The position numbers and the translations under genes were made by a program. From contig JAUFOQ010000003.1 of assembly GCA_040285855.1 (NCBI GenBank), positions 558,001 to 622,000 of the forward strand: a stretch of DNA of 64,000 bases, written 5' to 3'. Of this stretch, positions 59,236 through 64,000 are shown in pieces. The stretch is from Eukaryota sp. GEM-RC1 (taxonomy: Eukaryota). Below the pieces are notes generated by a model, which did no database searches, had not been told where the DNA came from, and saw only the letters and a list, made by a program, of their open reading frames with translations. Position 1 is the first letter of the stretch; each line of letters starts with the position of its first letter.

Positions 59236-60042
59236 TAATAAATAGCATGGAAAAATTGAATTGATCGACAATGACTAGGACCAGTACCTCAAATAACATC
59301 AATCAATGTTCCATACCAGTGCATTCAAAATGCTGCCCAATGCAGGACTTGGAAAAATTATTCATTATTACTCTAAAACATCTAATACAACGCCACCCCA
59401 AAATCCACATCTAATAGAAGGCCACCCCCTTCGGTCAAAAATATTTGCAATATTTCTCTAAAATTTCATGTGTTTTTGACCCAGTGAATTTTCAAATTTG
59501 AATTCTTTATGACCTTCACGTCTACATTTTTGACCGTCCACATCCTTCTCTTGCATTTTTGACCTACCACTCCTCCCCTTCATCTCCTCCTCATTTCGTA
59601 CATCATCATGTCTTCTTAGGCTGATGTACTTCGGAAGATTATGGTGTATTGGTAACTTTTCAGAAAGTCTTCTCGTTGTACGGCAGCTTTGTGTCACTGC
59701 GTTCTTCTTTAGTTTCCCAAGAGGATCTCCCGAATCCTACCATTCTTTCTCAATGTTATCTTCCAATCTCTCTAGATTGACTCTCTCCACTAGTCAAAAG
59801 AGAGAAGTCAACATACTTGACACTGATTCTTCGATAACGGACCTGCTTCTATCAGATCTTCACCTTTGTGCAAAGTCAGCCTTTTCTTTCACTGAAGATG
59901 CACTTGAAGCGAACTCCTGTTTTGTGACTCTAGGTCTCTAGGATTCATTCAGCAAGAGATCGATTTTGTTCCTGTACGATGAACAGTTTATTTCTGTAGT
60001 ATATTTCTATAAAGAATTGTTATGTGCCTGCTCAAGTATAGA

Positions 60043-61358
60043 TAGGGCTGTTAATTGGGATGGCCAACTTGAGATCCACGTGGATGGTGGATTTACGAAA
60101 ACTCATCCACCATCCATCATCCATCCATCTTCATCGATGGATGACTTTGTAGATTACTTGACAAATTGGTTTAACGATTAATACAGTTCTTTATTGATGG
60201 TATGATAAATACACTAGAACCAAATCGAATTTAACAGTCTGTGCACTTACTCCAAGATTTGTTACAAAGAAGGGCTTCAACAATGTCTTCCTTCAAGGAT
60301 GTTCTGGCACCACTCTAAAATGTCGGCCTTTAGGTCAATCAAATCATCTGATAGATATTTATCTAACTTATTTATTGTAACATCTACATTGATTTCCTGG
60401 CTTGCAGGGTTATGCAGTGCCTGACTTGTTCTTCTCTGTATGTTATCAAGTCTAGTTACAACCTTGTAGGTGATTCTACGGTACCAATTCAACTATGATA
60501 TGCAACGAATCTATGGAAGTACGATAATAAAGATAGCCTTAAAAACATACTTGTAAAATACAGATTTCTGTATTTTTATGTATTTTGTATTTTATGTATT
60601 TTATGTATTTTTCAAAAGTGACTTTTAAAATACAAACTGTATTTTAGTGTACTTTTCAAACACACATTCCAAGTGCTTTTTTAGCACAGATTTGATGTAA
60701 AACGAGTCGATTAGATAGAGATAGTCGTACTTTTTTTTGGGAGATCGTTTGTTTATGAACTGATTGCACTTTTCAGAGTCAAATCCAGAGTAGATGATGA
60801 ACAAATGAAACAAAAAAAGTTCGTATAATTTCAACCAGACCCTCCTTCATGACTTCTCTTCCCCAATCTATACCATCAATCCACTCTATACCTATTTTAT
60901 GAATTTCCTGATGTTGAACAAAAGAATCAGGAAGTTGTACAAGTTGAAGACGATGGAATTGGTGAGTTAGTGGAGATCCATGACGATGCACTAATGTTGG
61001 ACACGGTGTCACCAACTGCAGGAAAACGCAAACGTAGACAACAATCTACCACTGTACCGTTAACGTTGAGTCGTGGAGATGAAGATTGACTGACGTGGAT
61101 GTTTGTATTTTACTTTGTATTTTATGTATTTTTGTATTTTATGTATTTTTCAAATGAAAACTCGTGTATTTTACAAGTATGCTTAAAAACATACAATACA
61201 ATGTCAGTGAAAATTGGTAAACAATTTTAGGAGTGGATATCCATGGATGATGTTTGGAATCCAACATCCACGTGGATCTCAAGTTTTTCATCCATTATGG
61301 ATGGATGGTGGATGGATGGTGGATGTGGTGGATGGATTTTAATCCATTAACAGCCCTA
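60043..61358 (-). mobile_element. hAT non-autonomous element with GGATG/CATCC arrays
   Basis: 13-bp TIR TAGGGCTGTTAAT. The minus-strand LDKYL..DILEW resembles the start of the hAT dimerisation domain. TSD eroded (4/8). Confidence 0.72.
60546..61181. mobile_element. hAT MITE (636 bp), related to the 53342-55636 element
   Basis: 17-bp TIR CATACTTGTAAAATACA, perfect TSD CTTAAAAA and TGTATTT arrays. Confidence 0.93.
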
Positions 61359-61370
61359 CGTAAAACTCTA

Positions 61371-61995
61371 CACTTCAGGAAACATTTAGTCTCACTGAGA
61401 CTAATTCTGTACTGGAGATTTTTATTAGCCATCCCAAAATTAGTCTCGCCAAATCTCAGTGAGACTAATTTTGTACTGAGACTAATTCTGTACTGAGACT
61501 AATTTTGCACAATTGTTGAAGTGTTAAAATAGACTTCATAACTCAGATTTGCTCACGAACACACAACTGATCGTCATCATCTAGGCTCCAATAAATTAGT
61601 CACTCTCAACTTATAATAGCACGCTTTTTCTTGATGAACAGCAGATTAAACATGGATTTGAACTCGGTTAAAAGACTTTCGAATTGTGGTGGAAGTCAAT
61701 GCTACTGAAAACGTGTATTCCTGATCACAAATAGACTAATGTGAGATCTAGATTCAGTTGTATACAATTCAAACATACACAGGTAATGCATTTCAGCTGT
61801 TTGTTGTTAGTACTGTATGTCTATGGACTGTAAAGGACAGTTTAATTCAAAAAAAAGTTGTTGTATTTGGAAATTGCAGGACAAATATAGTCTCACCAGA
61901 GCACTTTTCAAAATCAGTAAGACAAAATTAGTCTCAGTGAGACTAATTTTGTACTGAGACTAATTCTGCAGTGAGACTAAATGTTTCCTGAAGTG
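61371..61995. mobile_element. TA-flanked MITE with GAGACTAATT repeats (625 bp)
   Basis: 27-bp TIR CACTTCAGGAAACATTTAGTCTCACTG with TA on both sides. Shares its palindrome with the 50563 MITE. Confidence 0.9.
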
Positions 61996-62959
61996 TATAT
62001 AGCGTGCACTTTTCACGGTCCGACATTTTGCTCCTCTTTTTCCCATATGACATCCTGTCTGTCGCCTCTATCAGTAGTTCTCTTTGGTAATAAACTGTCG
62101 TATTGCTGGCGTTCATTCTGATAACATCTTTTGATCAGCAACTTGAAGGTGTATTACCTTCTTTCTTGACTTCACATATACCGGACATATTTCCTTTGAT
62201 ACACCTGACATCCCCGTCTTAGCTGCCTCGTCAACATCATCCCTTTCACATCTTGCTCATTTCAGATTATCTTTGGTGTAACAGCTTCTAACAAATGTAA
62301 CTCCTCCATCAAAACCCTGTAGGATGTTGATTGACGTACCACAAGAACTTTTTTATCTAGCAACCCTCCATACTCTCCAAAAGAGTTCCCTAAAAGAGCA
62401 TAACACATGGTCTAAACCAACGCTATAACGTAGACGTAGACGGAAGATATATTTATGATAAAAAACCTTATTGAATCGTGTTTATGGGGAGAACCAACAG
62501 GAAACTGTACAGAACTGCCATGAAGCCAAAGAACAAACCCAAATTGATAGGGAAATAGAAGGGGCGATGGAAGATGTAGATCCGTTCTCGTAGTATCTGG
62601 AGATGTATCACATGGATGGTGGCATAGAGTGTAAAGAAAGGATGTAGAAGGAGAACAAGGAGGAACGTGAATCACAATGGCGAGATATACGCTAGAACAA
62701 GAAGGACATAAGAGAGAAGAAAGGGAAGGTCATAAATGAGGGTCAATAAAAAGATTGACTGGAGCAAAAGATCAAAAAGAATTTGACTTGTCAAGACGAA
62801 TTCAGAAATTTCAAACCGACGGTCAAAAATCCCTGAAGTCAGCAGACAGATCATAAATCTAATAGAGCGCCACCCCCTAATTTTCGGGGTTTGGGGGTGG
62901 CGTTGTATTAGATGTTTTAGAGTAATTATTTTCATTAATTACAGTCTACCCTCCCAATA

Positions 62960-63948
62960 CAGTCTACCCTCCCAATATGACCAGGTGTCGGACCAGTCTT
63001 ATTGGGAGGGTGGACTTATTCGGAGGGTTTGGTTTTTATAGAATGAACAGCGATCGTCGATCGTTTATAACAAATAAAACAACAAGCTAAGACAACCGTG
63101 CGTCTATTGAAGGGAGAATTGGAGCTGGATCTATCACCAGTTAGGTGAACAGATGTTTGGGGAAAATCAAGGTGACATTGTGACAAATCAAACTCTCTAT
63201 GAACTGCAACAGAGAGTTTGACCACTGCTTTCAGCTTTTATCAACAGATAACAACTATAGAGAGAAAGTGTAAAGGCTAAGATCACCAAAGCAATGATCT
63301 TGTACAGGATTTTAGATCGCGATGAAAGGAAGGCAATAACTTTCAAAGCGCCTATCTAGGGAGAGGATGAAGCGCTATGACTCACAGCAAGCGGATAAGC
63401 GCTATTTGGAGAAAAAATGTTCACCAACATTCAAATAGGAGAGAACCATGAACGTACGAGTGCACAATAGAATTTCTGGTGATTGTGATGAAGGAGGAAT
63501 GCTGAAAAGGCGTTACTGAGGGGGAAGTGACTGTTTTTGAGAGAGCTTCTCTCTCAACACAATTTTCCTCCACAGACAAGACCAAAACATTGTTTGACAT
63601 GATCTAGAGTGGTTCGAGGGGGAGGAGATTATAAGGAATAAGATCTGACCAGAACACATGAGATTGTCTTAGCCAAGTGATGATTAACAACATGTGAGCC
63701 ATCAAAGATGTTGTATCAATAAGATATAGATATGTGAAGTCAAAAATGTGAGTTTTGTTATAAAAGCCATCAAAAACATGATCGAAAGAGATCACGATAA
63801 TGTTGACACCGAAGATACGAAAAAGGAAACATGTTTATTTGAAGTAAGGGAATCGGTTAAGGGAAGACAAAAAGTCGGACAGTAAAAATTTGGTCATAAT
63901 GGGAGGGTGGACTTATTCGGAGGGTGGTCATATTGGGAGGGTAGACTG
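62960..63948. mobile_element. Tc1/pogo-type element inserted in the TIR of a sister copy (outer copy 62942 to beyond 64000)
   Basis: TIR CAGTCTACCCTCCCAATATGACCA with TA duplication. The flanks rejoin into a sequence matching the inner right terminus. Confidence 0.88.
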
Positions 63949-64000
63949 TATGACCACCCTCCGAATAAGTCCACCCTCCCATTATGGACACCTGTTTTTG

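Larger units (their letters stand above)
59371..62922. mobile_element. TA-flanked TIR element hosting three nested MITEs
   Basis: 29-bp TIR CTCTAAAACATCTAATACAACGCCACCCC with TA on both sides. Interior degenerate. Confidence 0.85.

Noticed and set aside
61385..61505. CRISPR-like array of palindromic GAGACTAATT repeats
   Set aside because: Irregular short spacing and mirrored at the other end of a TA-flanked element, so these are subterminal MITE repeats.

Overview
AT-rich, gene-dense DNA from a unicellular eukaryote. The 28-34 nt GT-AG introns, 32-47 bp head-to-head spacers and a BspA-type surface protein are reminiscent of anaerobic metamonad-like protists; this is inference only. Host genes: arginyl-tRNA synthetase, an ECTFxP-repeat coiled-coil protein, a BspA/LRR_5 membrane protein, a divergent TALE-like homeodomain protein (visible only after splicing), cohesin SA/Scc3, PC4/Sub1, a PP2A-family catalytic subunit, a BTB-BTB-Sel1 protein, CCT8, a PDI, cystinosin, a possible RPA34, an RI-type LRR (pseudo)gene, an M28 membrane peptidase, CCT4, DUF789, an AMBRA1-like WD40 protein and several hypotheticals. 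Most frameshifts in conserved genes are single-base indels in homopolymer runs, probably long-read assembly errors. Intergenic DNA is packed with mobile elements: one probably autonomous hAT transposon, many hAT MITEs with 8-bp TSDs, TA-flanked Tc1/mariner/pogo-like MITEs (nested, self-inserted and composite) and six CRE-like RT/RLE non-LTR retrotransposon fragments. The best novelty candidate is an IS630/Tc1-like DD34E transposase paired tail-to-tail with an intact 274-aa ORF of unknown function (36.6-39.0 kb). No rRNA, tRNA or CRISPR array was recognised.
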